64,000 nt of DNA from an uncultured Caulobacterales bacterium (lineage in GTDB: Bacteria > Pseudomonadota > Alphaproteobacteria > Caulobacterales > Maricaulaceae). The first letter of the stretch is position 1, and the number at the start of each line of letters is the position of its first letter. Made by a program: the position numbers and the translations under genes. Below are positions 37,532 through 47,431 of this stretch, piece by piece. The notes below the pieces were generated by a model that saw only the letters and a program-made list of their open reading frames with translations, searched no databases and was not told the origin of the DNA. The stretch spans positions 18,401 through 82,400 of the forward strand of contig CAYPFR010000006.1 in the NCBI GenBank assembly GCA_964410285.1, written 5' to 3'.

Positions 37532-40423
37532 ATGGGACTTCACATGACTTCTACGACCATCGCAAAGACGGTAAGCGCCGGGCCCGGTAGCTCACCAAAA
37601 TCCGTGACAAAAAACTCCCATGTCGTGCTCGTTGATGGCTCGGGCTATATTTTCCGCGCCTATCACGCCCTGCCTCCGCTCACGCGAAAAACAGACGGGC
37701 TGCCGATTGGCGCGGTGCACGGCTTTTCCAATATGCTGTTCAAATTACTGCGCGATCAGACCGACGCGGCGCGGCCCACGCATTTTGCCGTTATCTTTGA
37801 TGCTAGCGGACAGACCTTCCGCAACGACATATATGATCAATATAAGGCCAATCGCTCGGAGACACCCGAAGACCTCCTGCCGCAATTTCCGCTTACCCGT
37901 GACGCCACGCGGGCATTTGGCGCGCAGTCCATAGAGATGCAGGGCTTTGAGGCCGATGACCTGATTGCAACCTATGCAAAGCAAGCAGAAGCCCTCGGCG
38001 CGCGGGTCACGATCATTAGCTCTGATAAGGACTTGATGCAGCTCGTCTCAGATAAAGTGACCATGGTTGATACCATGAAAAACCGTACCATTGGTATTCC
38101 CGAAGTGATCGATAAATTCGGCGTTCCGCCCGAAAAAGTCATCGACATCCAAAGCCTTGCCGGAGATAGCGTTGATAATGTGCCGGGCGTGCCGGGTATT
38201 GGCGTGAAAACGGCGGCGCTTTTGATTAATCAATATGGTGATCTTGATACGCTGCTGGAGCGGGCCGGCGAAATTCCCCAAAAAGGTCGGCGCGAAAAAT
38301 TGCTGGAATTTGCCGATAACGCCCGCCTCTCCCGCGAGCTCGTCACGCTGAAAACCGATATAGAGCCGGAGGTTGATCTTGCGGAAATGGCGGTTCGCGA
38401 TCCTGACCCCGCAGCGCTCTTTGGCTTTTTGGAAGAGATGACCTTTCGCACGCTCACGGCCCGCGTGCGCGCCGCCATTGGCGCGGGCGATGACGATGGA
38501 CTGCGCGGGGCAGATAGCGCGGCCCCTGCTCTTAAAGACGAGGACATATTGCCCGCGCGCGCGGGCGTGCCAGCCAACACCGTCTTTGATAAATCAAAAT
38601 ATGAGTCGGTTGATGACATCACGCAGCTTCGAAGCTGGATTGGGCGGGCCGAAGCGGCGGGCGTTGTGGCGGTTGATTTGGAGACAGACGGCCTTGATAG
38701 CCGCGCTGCCAAGCTTGTCGGCATATGCCTTGCGGTGGCCGATAATGAAGCCTGTTATATTCCGCTCGCCCATGTCGGCGGGGATGATATGTTCGGCGAA
38801 GGCGCGCCTAAACAAATCCCTATGGATGACGCCCTTAAGACGCTTACCCCTTTATTGCATGACCCAAAAATCCTGAAAGTCGGGCAGAATTTCAAATATG
38901 ACCTTGGCGTGCTCTCGCGCCACGGAATTTTTCCCGCGCCCTATGATGATACGATGCTCATGAGCTATGCCTTAAATTGCGGGCGTCATAGCCACGGCAT
39001 GGATTTTCTGGCAGAAACCTATTTTGGCCACACGCCGATAAGCTTTAAAGAGATTGCGGGCAGCGGAAAATCGCAAAAGACCTTTGATCAAATCGCGATC
39101 GAGGAAGCCACACCCTATGCGGCCGAAGACGCCGATGTCACCTTGCGCCTGTGGAAGTTTTTTAAACCCAAGCTAGGCCAAAATCAGGTCTCTGTTATAT
39201 ATGAGACGGCAGACCGCCCTCTCCCCGCTATCGCGGCCAAGATGGAAAACAATGGTATTAAAGTCGACCGCGCAGTGCTTGCGCGCCTTTCGGGTGATTT
39301 CGCGCAGAAGATGGCAGGGCTTGAGGCCGAAGCCAAGAAACTCGCGGGGCAAGAATTTAATCTCGGCTCTCCCAAGCAGCTTGGCGAAATCCTGTTTGAT
39401 AAAATGGGGCTGAGCGGCGGAAAAAAAACCAAAACCGGCGCATGGCAAACGGGCGCCGGCGTGCTTGAGGACCTTGCCGCCAAAGGCGAGAAACTCCCGC
39501 AAACGATTTTGGACTGGCGGCATTATGCCAAGCTGAAATCCACCTATTCCGATGCGCTGGTCTCTCAGATCAACCCAGACACGCAGCGCGTACACACCAG
39601 CTTTTCACTAGCGGCAACGACCACAGGACGGCTTTCATCCTCTGATCCAAACCTTCAAAATATTCCTATTCGTACCGAGGACGGACGCAAAATTCGCGAC
39701 GCATTTATCGCCGAGGCGGGCCATAGCCTCGTCGCCGCTGATTATTCACAAATTGAGCTACGTCTGCTTGCCCATGTCGCGGATCTCACCACGATGAAGC
39801 AGGCCTTTTCTGATGGGGTCGATATTCACGCCCTAACAGCCAGCGAGATGTTCGGTGTCCCCATCGATGACATGGATAACGCCACGCGCCGCCGCGCCAA
39901 AGCGATCAACTTTGGGATTATCTACGGCATTTCAGCCTTTGGGCTTGCCAATAATCTTGGCATTTCGCGCAGCGAGGCCTCGGAGTATATCAAAAGTTAT
40001 TTTGAGAAATTTCCGGGCATTAAGGCCTATATGGACGCCGCCAAAGCCGAAGCCCGCGAGCAGGGCTTTGTCACCACCCTCTTTGGACGAAAATGCCATA
40101 TCAAAGGCATTAATGACCGCAACCAAGCGATGCGCGGCTTTGCCGAGCGCCAAGCGATTAACGCGCCCATTCAGGGCGCCGCGGCTGACATTATGCGCCG
40201 CGCCATGATTAAAATGCCGCCCGCCATTGAGAAGATCGAGGGCGCGCGTATGCTCTTGCAAGTGCATGATGAACTGGTCTTTGAGGTCCCTGATGACAAG
40301 ACAGATGCGCTCATAAAGATTGTGACAAAAACCATGGAGCGCGCCGCCAGCCCCGCCGTACACATCAGCGTGCCGCTCGTCGTCGAGGCGAAAGCCGCGC
40401 AAAATTGGAACGACGCGCATTAA
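37532..40423 (+). CDS. polA: DNA polymerase I
   Basis: 5'-3' exonuclease start VVLVDGSGYIFRAYHALP, a 3'-5' exonuclease region, and polymerase motifs DYSQIELR and QVHDELVFEV. Confidence 0.97.
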   Translation: MGLHMTSTTIAKTVSAGPGSSPKSVTKNSHVVLVDGSGYIFRAYHALPPLTRKTDGLPIGAVHGFSNMLFKLLRDQTDAARPTHFAVIFDASGQTFRNDIYDQYKANRSETPEDLLPQFPLTRDATRAFGAQSIEMQGFEADDLIATYAKQAEALGARVTIISSDKDLMQLVSDKVTMVDTMKNRTIGIPEVIDKFGVPPEKVIDIQSLAGDSVDNVPGVPGIGVKTAALLINQYGDLDTLLERAGEIPQKGRREKLLEFADNARLSRELVTLKTDIEPEVDLAEMAVRDPDPAALFGFLEEMTFRTLTARVRAAIGAGDDDGLRGADSAAPALKDEDILPARAGVPANTVFDKSKYESVDDITQLRSWIGRAEAAGVVAVDLETDGLDSRAAKLVGICLAVADNEACYIPLAHVGGDDMFGEGAPKQIPMDDALKTLTPLLHDPKILKVGQNFKYDLGVLSRHGIFPAPYDDTMLMSYALNCGRHSHGMDFLAETYFGHTPISFKEIAGSGKSQKTFDQIAIEEATPYAAEDADVTLRLWKFFKPKLGQNQVSVIYETADRPLPAIAAKMENNGIKVDRAVLARLSGDFAQKMAGLEAEAKKLAGQEFNLGSPKQLGEILFDKMGLSGGKKTKTGAWQTGAGVLEDLAAKGEKLPQTILDWRHYAKLKSTYSDALVSQINPDTQRVHTSFSLAATTTGRLSSSDPNLQNIPIRTEDGRKIRDAFIAEAGHSLVAADYSQIELRLLAHVADLTTMKQAFSDGVDIHALTASEMFGVPIDDMDNATRRRAKAINFGIIYGISAFGLANNLGISRSEASEYIKSYFEKFPGIKAYMDAAKAEAREQGFVTTLFGRKCHIKGINDRNQAMRGFAERQAINAPIQGAAADIMRRAMIKMPPAIEKIEGARMLLQVHDELVFEVPDDKTDALIKIVTKTMERAASPAVHISVPLVVEAKAAQNWNDAH

Positions 40424-40471
40424 GGCATAATTGATTAACCTTAGCCTGTCTCAAAATGGGACAGATAGGTT

Positions 40472-40747
40472 TTATGGAGCCGCTTTTTCCATGGCTTCTG
40501 CCAAAATAACGTCTTTTTGGGTCACGCCCCCCGCATCATGTGTGGTGAGCGTGACATCCACGCGGTTATAGACATTGAACCATTCGGGATGATGGTCCAT
40601 TTTATCGGCAATGATCGCAATGCGCGTCATAAAGCCAAATGCGGCGGCGAAATCCTCAAATTTGAAGACTTTGGTGATAAAATCATCTCCGCCCGTCCAG
40701 CCTTCCAGCGTGTTGGCGACATCTTTGGGATTGAGAACATCCATCAT
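40472..40747 (-). CDS. 4a-hydroxytetrahydrobiopterin (pterin-4a-carbinolamine) dehydratase
   Basis: [22 protein letters not shown] signature. The internal ATG at 40747 gives a typical length of about 91 aa. Confidence 0.85.
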   Translation of the reverse strand: MMDVLNPKDVANTLEGWTGGDDFITKVFKFEDFAAAFGFMTRIAIIADKMDHHPEWFNVYNRVDVTLTTHDAGGVTQKDVILAEAMEKAAP

Positions 40748-40895
40748 AATTCTCCGTGGGCGTGAGCAAATTTTAGGCTTTACCCGTGCCATAACTAATT
40801 TGGTCTATCAATTGACAATTTTGCCGCCGCCGACTGCATAAAGTTGGGCGCGCCGCAGTGCTTGCCTTAAAGCTGCCACATTTGTTGACCTTTTA

Positions 40896-40903
40896 TTAAC
40901 CAT
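40896..40903 (+). promoter_or_regulatory. TTAACCAT motif (CtrA half-site-like) in a long leader region
   Basis: Read directly, about 258 nt upstream of the 41161 ATG. A single 8-mer is weak evidence. Confidence 0.2.
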
Positions 40904-41160
40904 AGTTGTCTTTAGCTCAGCAGCTTTGAACGGCGGATGCCTTTTCGGCCCGCTGGATGAAATTGCGAGCAAAGGCAGCCTGCTTATTCTGCGGGCAAGC
41001 GGCGCCGTTCTTTGTGGGGGGAGCGGCGCCTCGCAGAACCTTTTACCCTCTTGGCCGGCTTCGGCATCATCTTTGCATTGCCTAGGCAGTGCGCTCCGCC
41101 GCAGGGTCAATTCTGATCTCGCGAGCGGTAATTATTAACTGTGACAGAAAGAGGTATAAC

Positions 41161-42390
41161 ATGCTGACGTCATCGAAAACACTTAAATTGGCCGCTGGCC
41201 TTTTAATTGGCGCTGGGTTTGCTCCCATCGCTGCGGCGGGCGGCTACGGCGCGCCGGCTTATTCACCGGACCTTCTGCCGTCCAATCCTGCGCCGGGCAT
41301 GTGTTATGCACGCGTTGAGATTCCAGCCCAGTACACAACAACAACAGAAGATGTTCTTGTTGAAGAAGGTTACACAACTGTTGAAGTGACACAGCCAAAG
41401 CTCGCAACCCGCCAGCAACAGGTTCTCGTCAAAGAAGCTAGCGTTCGCTACGAGGTACGCCAGCCATCATTTCGCTCTGTCTCCGAGAAAATCATGACGC
41501 GCCCAGCCTATGATAAGCTGACGGTTACGCCGCCAAGTTTCTCGACTGTGACGGAAAATATGGCGTCTTCGGCCCCTCGCCTCGTTTGGAAAAAGGGTAA
41601 CCCTGCCAACCTTGTGCGCCAGGGATACAAAATTCATTCAACGGCGGATGCCGGCCAATACGGTCAAGGCTATAGCTCGACAACACAATACGGCCAATCC
41701 GGCGGCTCGGCGCAATGCGGCGCGACCTGCGAAATTTGGTGTCTTGTCGAAGAACCCGGTGAGAGCGTAAGCTTTCAGCGTAAAGTCGTTTCAAATCCTG
41801 CCCGCGTTCAGCGTCAAACAGTTCCGGCCCGCTATCAGACGATTATGAAACAAGTTGTTTCCGATCCGGGCGGCGTGCGCGAGATCCCCGTTCCCGCGCA
41901 GCACCGGACGGTTACTGTTGAAGAAATCGTACAGCCTGGCGGCGAACGCCAAGTCACTGTGCCGCCTAAATACGGCAAGGTTGAGAAAAAACAGCTTGTC
42001 TCCGCCGAGCGTTATGAGTGGCGTCAAGTGGCCTGTAAAACAGGTACGCTTCCGTCATATCGCCCCATGGCAAATACACCGACAATGGTCACCCCGTCGA
42101 AGATCACCTCTGCACCTATGAGCTATCAGCAGCCAATGGCAGCGCCGGTTCAGTCGTCCGCTTATGGCGTCGCGCCGACTGTCGGCGAAGTTCTGGCAAA
42201 TGGCGGCCGCGCGGTCTGCATTAGTGGACAGGACTGTACAGACATTATCCAAAGCTCGCCTATTCACGGCGGCGGCGCAGCACATAGCGGCGGCGCTTCT
42301 GGCGGCGGATATTACTCTCACAGCGGATCTCATGGCACGGCGAATGGCGGGTCTTGGGGTTCACATCACGCTTATGAGTCAGGTCACTAA
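41161..42390 (+). CDS. secreted repeat protein with a Gly/Ser/His-rich tail (uncharacterised)
   Basis: AGAGG lies 7 nt before ATG 41161. Signal peptide MLTSSKTLKLAAGLLIGAGFAPIAAAGG. Seven units of about 17-18 aa of the type xPxx(Y/F)xTVxxxVxxxx sit in two Cys/Trp-bracketed halves. Tail: HGGGAAHSGGASGGGYYSHSGSHGTANGGSWGSHHAYESGH. Confidence 0.7.
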   Translation: MLTSSKTLKLAAGLLIGAGFAPIAAAGGYGAPAYSPDLLPSNPAPGMCYARVEIPAQYTTTTEDVLVEEGYTTVEVTQPKLATRQQQVLVKEASVRYEVRQPSFRSVSEKIMTRPAYDKLTVTPPSFSTVTENMASSAPRLVWKKGNPANLVRQGYKIHSTADAGQYGQGYSSTTQYGQSGGSAQCGATCEIWCLVEEPGESVSFQRKVVSNPARVQRQTVPARYQTIMKQVVSDPGGVREIPVPAQHRTVTVEEIVQPGGERQVTVPPKYGKVEKKQLVSAERYEWRQVACKTGTLPSYRPMANTPTMVTPSKITSAPMSYQQPMAAPVQSSAYGVAPTVGEVLANGGRAVCISGQDCTDIIQSSPIHGGGAAHSGGASGGGYYSHSGSHGTANGGSWGSHHAYESGH

Positions 42391-42414
42391 GCGCGCGAAC
42401 CAGAATTAAATTCT

Positions 42415-42446
42415 AAGCCGCCTCTAATCTTAGGGGCGGCTTTTTT
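42415..42446 (+). terminator. rho-independent terminator
   Basis: aagccgcctc...ggggcggctt stem (a gccgcc/ggcggc core plus extensions) followed by a run of six T. Confidence 0.75.
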
Positions 42447-42465
42447 GGGCCAAACGCGGGATAAA

Positions 42466-43089
42466 TCAGAACGCCGTGGTGGAGAGCACAGCCCATACGC
42501 CCGAAAGTATCATCACCGCCCCGATCACGATATTAAAGCCGCGCGCCGCCCGCGCGCTCTTAAGCCAGCCGCGAATGGATTGCGCGCCATAGGCATATAC
42601 GGCAAGTCCCACAAGCTCGGTGATCGTAACCGTCACCAGCATGATAAGAAATTGCGGCGCCAGCGGCGCCTGCGCGTTCACAAAGGCCGGCAACATAGCA
42701 CCGAAATAAACCAGCGGCATAGGGCTTGAGATTTGCAGCGCAAACCCTTTGGCATAAAGCAAGCCGCGCTTTGGAGCGCGCGTTTCATTTACATCAAATG
42801 AGGGAAGCGGCCCCAAGATCGTACGAAGCCCTAGATAGCTGATCACTAAAAGCCCGATAAGCTTGAGCGCTAAAAATCCCGCCGGATATGTTTCCGCAAG
42901 AACAGCCGCGCCCGACACCCCCAATATAAGCCATAAGACATTGGCACTGGCGATACCAAGCGCGGGCAATAATGAGGGCTTAAAGCCATAACGAAAGGCC
43001 GAAGCCAGTACCAGCATCACAGCAGGTCCGGGGGTCAGCCCCCCTGCCCCGAAAAGCGCGACGAGCGCTAGCCATGTGCCAAGGGACAT
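42466..43089 (-). CDS. LysE/RhtB-family amino-acid exporter
   Basis: 207-aa six-TM protein with N-terminus GGLTPGPAVMLVLASAF, typical of LysE-type translocators. Confidence 0.85.
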   Translation of the reverse strand: MSLGTWLALVALFGAGGLTPGPAVMLVLASAFRYGFKPSLLPALGIASANVLWLILGVSGAAVLAETYPAGFLALKLIGLLVISYLGLRTILGPLPSFDVNETRAPKRGLLYAKGFALQISSPMPLVYFGAMLPAFVNAQAPLAPQFLIMLVTVTITELVGLAVYAYGAQSIRGWLKSARAARGFNIVIGAVMILSGVWAVLSTTAF

Positions 43090-43104
43090 TTGCGCCCCGC
43101 CAAA

Positions 43105-44328
43105 TTAGCTATTTTTTCCGGCTTTGCGGTCGCGCGCCTTGAGCAAGCGAAGCCTCAGGGCGTTGATCTTGATGAAGCCGCCTGCATCCGCTTGGTCATA
43201 GACATCGTCTTCTTCAAAGGTGACATGTTCCTGAGAGTAAAGCGAATAAGGGGAGCTACGTCCGACGATTGTCGCGCTGCCCTTATAGAGCTTGAGCCGC
43301 ACAGTGCCTGTTACCATTTCTTGGGATTTATCAATCGCGGCTTGCAGCATGTCGCGCTCGGGGGCAAACCAATAGCCGTTATAAATTAACTCAGCATAGC
43401 GGGGCATGAGCTCGTCTTTTAAATGGGCCGCGCCTTTATCCATTGTAATCTGTTCAATGCCGCGGTGCGCCATGAGCAAAATCGTGCCGCCAGGCGTCTC
43501 ATATATGCCGCGTGATTTCATACCCACAAAACGGTTTTCCAATAGGTCAAGCCGGCCAATGCCATTGGCTCCGCCAAGCTCATTAAGGCGGGTGAGCAAT
43601 GTCGCGGGGCTCATGGCTACGCCATTGATTGAAACCGCATCGCCGCGCTCAAAGCCAACTTCGATATAGGTTGCTTTATCGGGCGCCTCTTCAGGCGAGA
43701 CCGTGCGCTGATAAACAAATTCAGGGGCTTCTTGATTGGGGTCCTCAAGCGCTTTGCCTTCCGAGCTTGTATGTAGAAGATTGGCATCAACAGAGAACGG
43801 TGCCTCGCCGCGCTTGTCTTTGGCAATCTCAATGCCGTGCTTTTCCGCATACTCAATCAATTTGGTACGCGAGTTCAAATCCCATTCCCGCCAAGGCGCG
43901 ATGACTTTGATTTCCGGATCAAGCGCATAGTAGCCAAGCTCAAAGCGGACTTGATCATTGCCTTTGCCGGTCGCGCCGTGGCACACAGCGTCCGCACCAA
44001 CCTCATGGGCGATTTCGATCTGGCGTTTAGAAATCAGCGGACGCGCAATTGACGTACCCAGTAAATAAAGACCTTCGTAAAGTGCATTGGCGCGGAACAT
44101 GGGAAAGACGAAGTCACGAACGAATTCTTCGCGCAAATCATCAATAAATATTTCCTTTACACCCTGCGCTTCGGCTTTTCGGCGCGCAGGTTCCAATTCC
44201 TCGCCTTGACCCAGATCCGCCGTAAAGGTCACGACTTCGCAGCCCTTTTCTTCCTGGAGCCATTTGAGGATAATCGACGTATCCAACCCGCCTGAATAGG
44301 CAAGAACGACTTTTTTTGGTGTATTCAT
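43105..44328 (-). CDS. argG: argininosuccinate synthase
   Basis: [25 protein letters not shown] and [11 protein letters not shown]. Confidence 0.97.
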   Translation of the reverse strand: MNTPKKVVLAYSGGLDTSIILKWLQEEKGCEVVTFTADLGQGEELEPARRKAEAQGVKEIFIDDLREEFVRDFVFPMFRANALYEGLYLLGTSIARPLISKRQIEIAHEVGADAVCHGATGKGNDQVRFELGYYALDPEIKVIAPWREWDLNSRTKLIEYAEKHGIEIAKDKRGEAPFSVDANLLHTSSEGKALEDPNQEAPEFVYQRTVSPEEAPDKATYIEVGFERGDAVSINGVAMSPATLLTRLNELGGANGIGRLDLLENRFVGMKSRGIYETPGGTILLMAHRGIEQITMDKGAAHLKDELMPRYAELIYNGYWFAPERDMLQAAIDKSQEMVTGTVRLKLYKGSATIVGRSSPYSLYSQEHVTFEEDDVYDQADAGGFIKINALRLRLLKARDRKAGKNS

Positions 44329-44451
44329 AGGGTTTCCCTCAACTTTCAGGCGAGGTCTTAAACCAAAAGCGTTTACAAAAGCTAGACGGTTGTTCTAATA
44401 CACAGCAAATTCTGCGAGGGAATCATATCGCAGGATGTTCTGGGGGACGTT

Positions 44452-46146
44452 ATGGCGGCTGGTAAATTCATTTTAGGCCTAATTTTCAGTTTTTTACTGC
44501 TTTTGGGGGCAGGGCTTGGAACAGACGCGTGTGCGCAGACCGATGCCCAAAAAGAGGCAGAGACAGCTACGCAAGTCGCGCCAAAAAAGCTTGACGAAAA
44601 ACTTGAAGAAACACAAGTCGGCGCGGCAAATGCGTCGGCGACCCCAAACTCCCTGCCCTCCAGCAAAGCTGCACAATCACCCGAACCGTCAAGTTTTGAT
44701 TTAAACGATCCCGCAATTCAGGAGGCGATAAAGGCCAAAGAACTGGCTGATCAGGCGCTTGTTGACGCTGTTCTGAACGCGCGCTCGGAGGCGGCCGCGC
44801 AGGCAGAAACAGCCCAGCAATCCCCTGCGGCCCCGAAAAAGCCGAGCCTGATCCCGACAAATACGCAGGACGCCAAAGCGCTGGGTAAAAAAGTGCTGGA
44901 CAAGATTATCAGCTGGCTCACCAGCCCGTCTTTCCTCGCGCAGATCGGCGCAATTGCTCTGGTGTGGTTCCTCGCCCCGATCTTGACCAGAGTCACCCGC
45001 AAGCGCCTATTCCTATTCCGCGATCCGCCCTCTGAGACGGCAAAAATGCGGGTCGCCAGAGATTACATTTATAGATCAAGAGAATTCCTTCGCGCGGTTT
45101 GGCAGGTCACCTTGCTCGCGCTCTTTGCCGTTATCCTCAAGGCCGTGCCTGCCCTAGGACAAGACTGGCTTGTGAAAATCGCCCAAGGGCTCGCCGTTGT
45201 CTTCCTGCTTTACAGCGTTATCAAAACGTTCGTCACAAATGATTTGATACAGAAACTTGCGACCGGAATTTTAATTCCGCTGGCGCTGCTGATGGTCTTT
45301 GGTCTCTTTGATGACCTGACGACATGGCTGTCGGAGTTTAAAATTGGGCAAGGCGAGAATGCGATCTCGGCGATGACGGTTGTTTTGCTGATTATCTTTG
45401 GCGCAATATTTTTCAAAATCGCGACATATTCCAATGCTAAAGGACAAGACGCCATTCGATCCCAAGAATCGCTTGATGTCACGACCCGCGAAGTTGTCGC
45501 CAAAATTTTCCAAATTCTACTCTTTGGCGCAGCGACCATCATGGCCTTTACTGCGGCGGGAATTTCTCTCTCCGGACTTGTGGTTATCTTCTCTGCACTA
45601 TCACTTGGAATTGGACTTGGACTTCAGCCCATTGCAGCCAATTTTGTCTCCGGCCTGATTATCCTCTTTGACCGTTCGGTAAAGGTTGGGGATTTTGTTA
45701 TGATGGAAGGTGACAACTTTGGCCGGGTCAAAGCGATCAATATGCGATCGACCACGGTCGCAACAGCAGATGGTAAGGATATTATTGTGCCCAATACGAG
45801 CTTCACTGAAGGCGCATATGAGAATTGGACACATGATAGCCCGCTACAGCGTTATGAAGTCGATTTCTACGTAGGTTATGACACAGATCTCGATGCGCTT
45901 GTTCCTCTTATTCGCGATGCCATATTGGAACATCCTGACATGCTCGGTGAACCCGACCTGCCAAGTGTCGAGTTCAGAAAATTTGACGCCAGCGCCATTC
46001 ACATGTGCGTTGAATTCTGGTGCCTTGGCGTAGATGACGGGCCAAATAAATTCACCTCAGATGCTGGCTTTATTATCTGGCGCACGCTGAAAGATAACGG
46101 CATCAAAGTACCCTACCCGCAGCGCACAGTCACCCTGAACAAATAG
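44452..46146 (+). CDS. mechanosensitive ion channel (MscS family) with a long N-terminal periplasmic and multi-TM extension
   Basis: Signal peptide, a charged helical region and several TM segments. MscS core: LIILFDRSVKVGDFVMMEGDNFGRVKAINMRSTTVATADGKDIIVPN. Confidence 0.85.
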   Translation: MAAGKFILGLIFSFLLLLGAGLGTDACAQTDAQKEAETATQVAPKKLDEKLEETQVGAANASATPNSLPSSKAAQSPEPSSFDLNDPAIQEAIKAKELADQALVDAVLNARSEAAAQAETAQQSPAAPKKPSLIPTNTQDAKALGKKVLDKIISWLTSPSFLAQIGAIALVWFLAPILTRVTRKRLFLFRDPPSETAKMRVARDYIYRSREFLRAVWQVTLLALFAVILKAVPALGQDWLVKIAQGLAVVFLLYSVIKTFVTNDLIQKLATGILIPLALLMVFGLFDDLTTWLSEFKIGQGENAISAMTVVLLIIFGAIFFKIATYSNAKGQDAIRSQESLDVTTREVVAKIFQILLFGAATIMAFTAAGISLSGLVVIFSALSLGIGLGLQPIAANFVSGLIILFDRSVKVGDFVMMEGDNFGRVKAINMRSTTVATADGKDIIVPNTSFTEGAYENWTHDSPLQRYEVDFYVGYDTDLDALVPLIRDAILEHPDMLGEPDLPSVEFRKFDASAIHMCVEFWCLGVDDGPNKFTSDAGFIIWRTLKDNGIKVPYPQRTVTLNK

Positions 46147-46156
46147 CGCCAGAGGG

Positions 46157-46438
46157 CTATCGGCACATGTTTTTATAAGCGGCGCGCAATTCTGCGCTGT
46201 GCTGCTCTTCTTCGCTAAGGTTTGCAAAAATTTGCTTATCCTTGCGGTCAACGTCTCGCAGATTTCTAAATTTAAAATCCGGTGCACTGGCGAGTGCGCG
46301 CAGGTTATCTTGTGCGATAAGCTTTTTTAAATCTTGGCAGGGCACGTCAGCAAACCGCTCATCGTCAAGCGTCAGGCAAGCGCTTAGCCCGAGGGCCGCG
46401 GCGCACAATACGGCCAGAACAAGGGAACGATGTTTCAT
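46157..46438 (-). CDS. hypothetical small lipoprotein
   Basis: MKHRSLVLAVLCAAALGLSAC lipobox. 93 aa with no recognised domain. Confidence 0.5.
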   Translation of the reverse strand: MKHRSLVLAVLCAAALGLSACLTLDDERFADVPCQDLKKLIAQDNLRALASAPDFKFRNLRDVDRKDKQIFANLSEEEQHSAELRAAYKNMCR

Positions 46439-46567
46439 ACGCCCTTATGCAAAAAAATTTGCGGCCTTTTCAAGCTAAAAAGAAAGCGCCTAGGCGCGCC
46501 AAAGCTATTTGCAAAATCCCGCGCGCTTATCTATCCCTAAAGCCTATGATTTAAAGAGAGCCCCGAA

Positions 46568-47431
46568 ATGACGACATCCCCCAAATCCGGAACCGGCGCA
46601 AAAAAGAGCGACCTAGATTATGAAACGGTTACGCCCACGTGCCTGATTACAGGCGCCTCTGCCGGGATAGGCGCCGCCATTGCGCGGGAATATGCCGAGC
46701 GCGGCTGGAATCTTGCGCTGGTCGCGCGGCGAGAATCTCCCATGATCACCCTCGCAGGGGAGCTTAAATCCAAATATGGAACAACAAGCCATATTTTTGC
46801 TGCGGACTTGTTTGACCCAGGCGCGACAAAAGACCTGATTGCGCGGCTTCACAAAAAGGATGTGCAAATCGACGGTCTCGTGAATAATGCTGGCTACGGC
46901 CACCCCGGAGCATATCTAGATAGCCCGTGGGAAGATCATGCAAAATTCATACAGCTAATGCTAACCGCGCCCTGTGAGCTCACCCGCGCATTACTCCCGC
47001 ACATGAAAGCACGTGAATTTGGCCGCATTATCAATGTCGCTAGCCTTGCAGGTCATCTGCCCGGTTCAAATGGACATACGCTATACGCCGCCGTTAAAAG
47101 CTATTTGATAAAATTTTCGGAGAGCCTATCAATGGAGCTTGAGGGGAGCGGCGTAAAAGTCTCTGCCCTGTGTCCGGGTTTTACCTATTCCGAATTTCAT
47201 GATGTTAACGGCACGCGTAAAGGCGTCTCCCAACTCCCCAAATGGATGTGGATGGAGGCAGCAGAATGTGCAGAACAAGGAGTTGAAGCCTGCGAGCGCG
47301 GGCGGGCCGTATTCATCCCGGGACGCGCAAATAAGGGGATTGCTGCGCTGAATAAGATATTACCAAACGCGATTGCGCAAAACCTTATGGCGAAAAATTC
47401 AAATAAAATCCGCAAAGGGACAAAATCATGA
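46568..47431 (+). CDS. SDR-family NAD(P)-dependent oxidoreductase
   Basis: LITGASAGIGAAIA, NNAG, and the YAAVK catalytic YxxxK. Confidence 0.85.
   Translation: MTTSPKSGTGAKKSDLDYETVTPTCLITGASAGIGAAIAREYAERGWNLALVARRESPMITLAGELKSKYGTTSHIFAADLFDPGATKDLIARLHKKDVQIDGLVNNAGYGHPGAYLDSPWEDHAKFIQLMLTAPCELTRALLPHMKAREFGRIINVASLAGHLPGSNGHTLYAAVKSYLIKFSESLSMELEGSGVKVSALCPGFTYSEFHDVNGTRKGVSQLPKWMWMEAAECAEQGVEACERGRAVFIPGRANKGIAALNKILPNAIAQNLMAKNSNKIRKGTKS

Noticed and set aside
37532-37543. An alternative polA start (ATG 37544 versus 37532), and similar two-ATG ambiguities (29051/29045, 51112/51103, 8783/8771).
   Set aside because: These cannot be resolved by eye. The differences are 4 codons or fewer and do not affect the calls.
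40808-41110. The 100-aa minus-strand ORF in the long spacer upstream of 41161.
   Set aside because: Arg/Pro/Ala-rich translation with no start context or motif. I treated the region as a non-coding leader instead.
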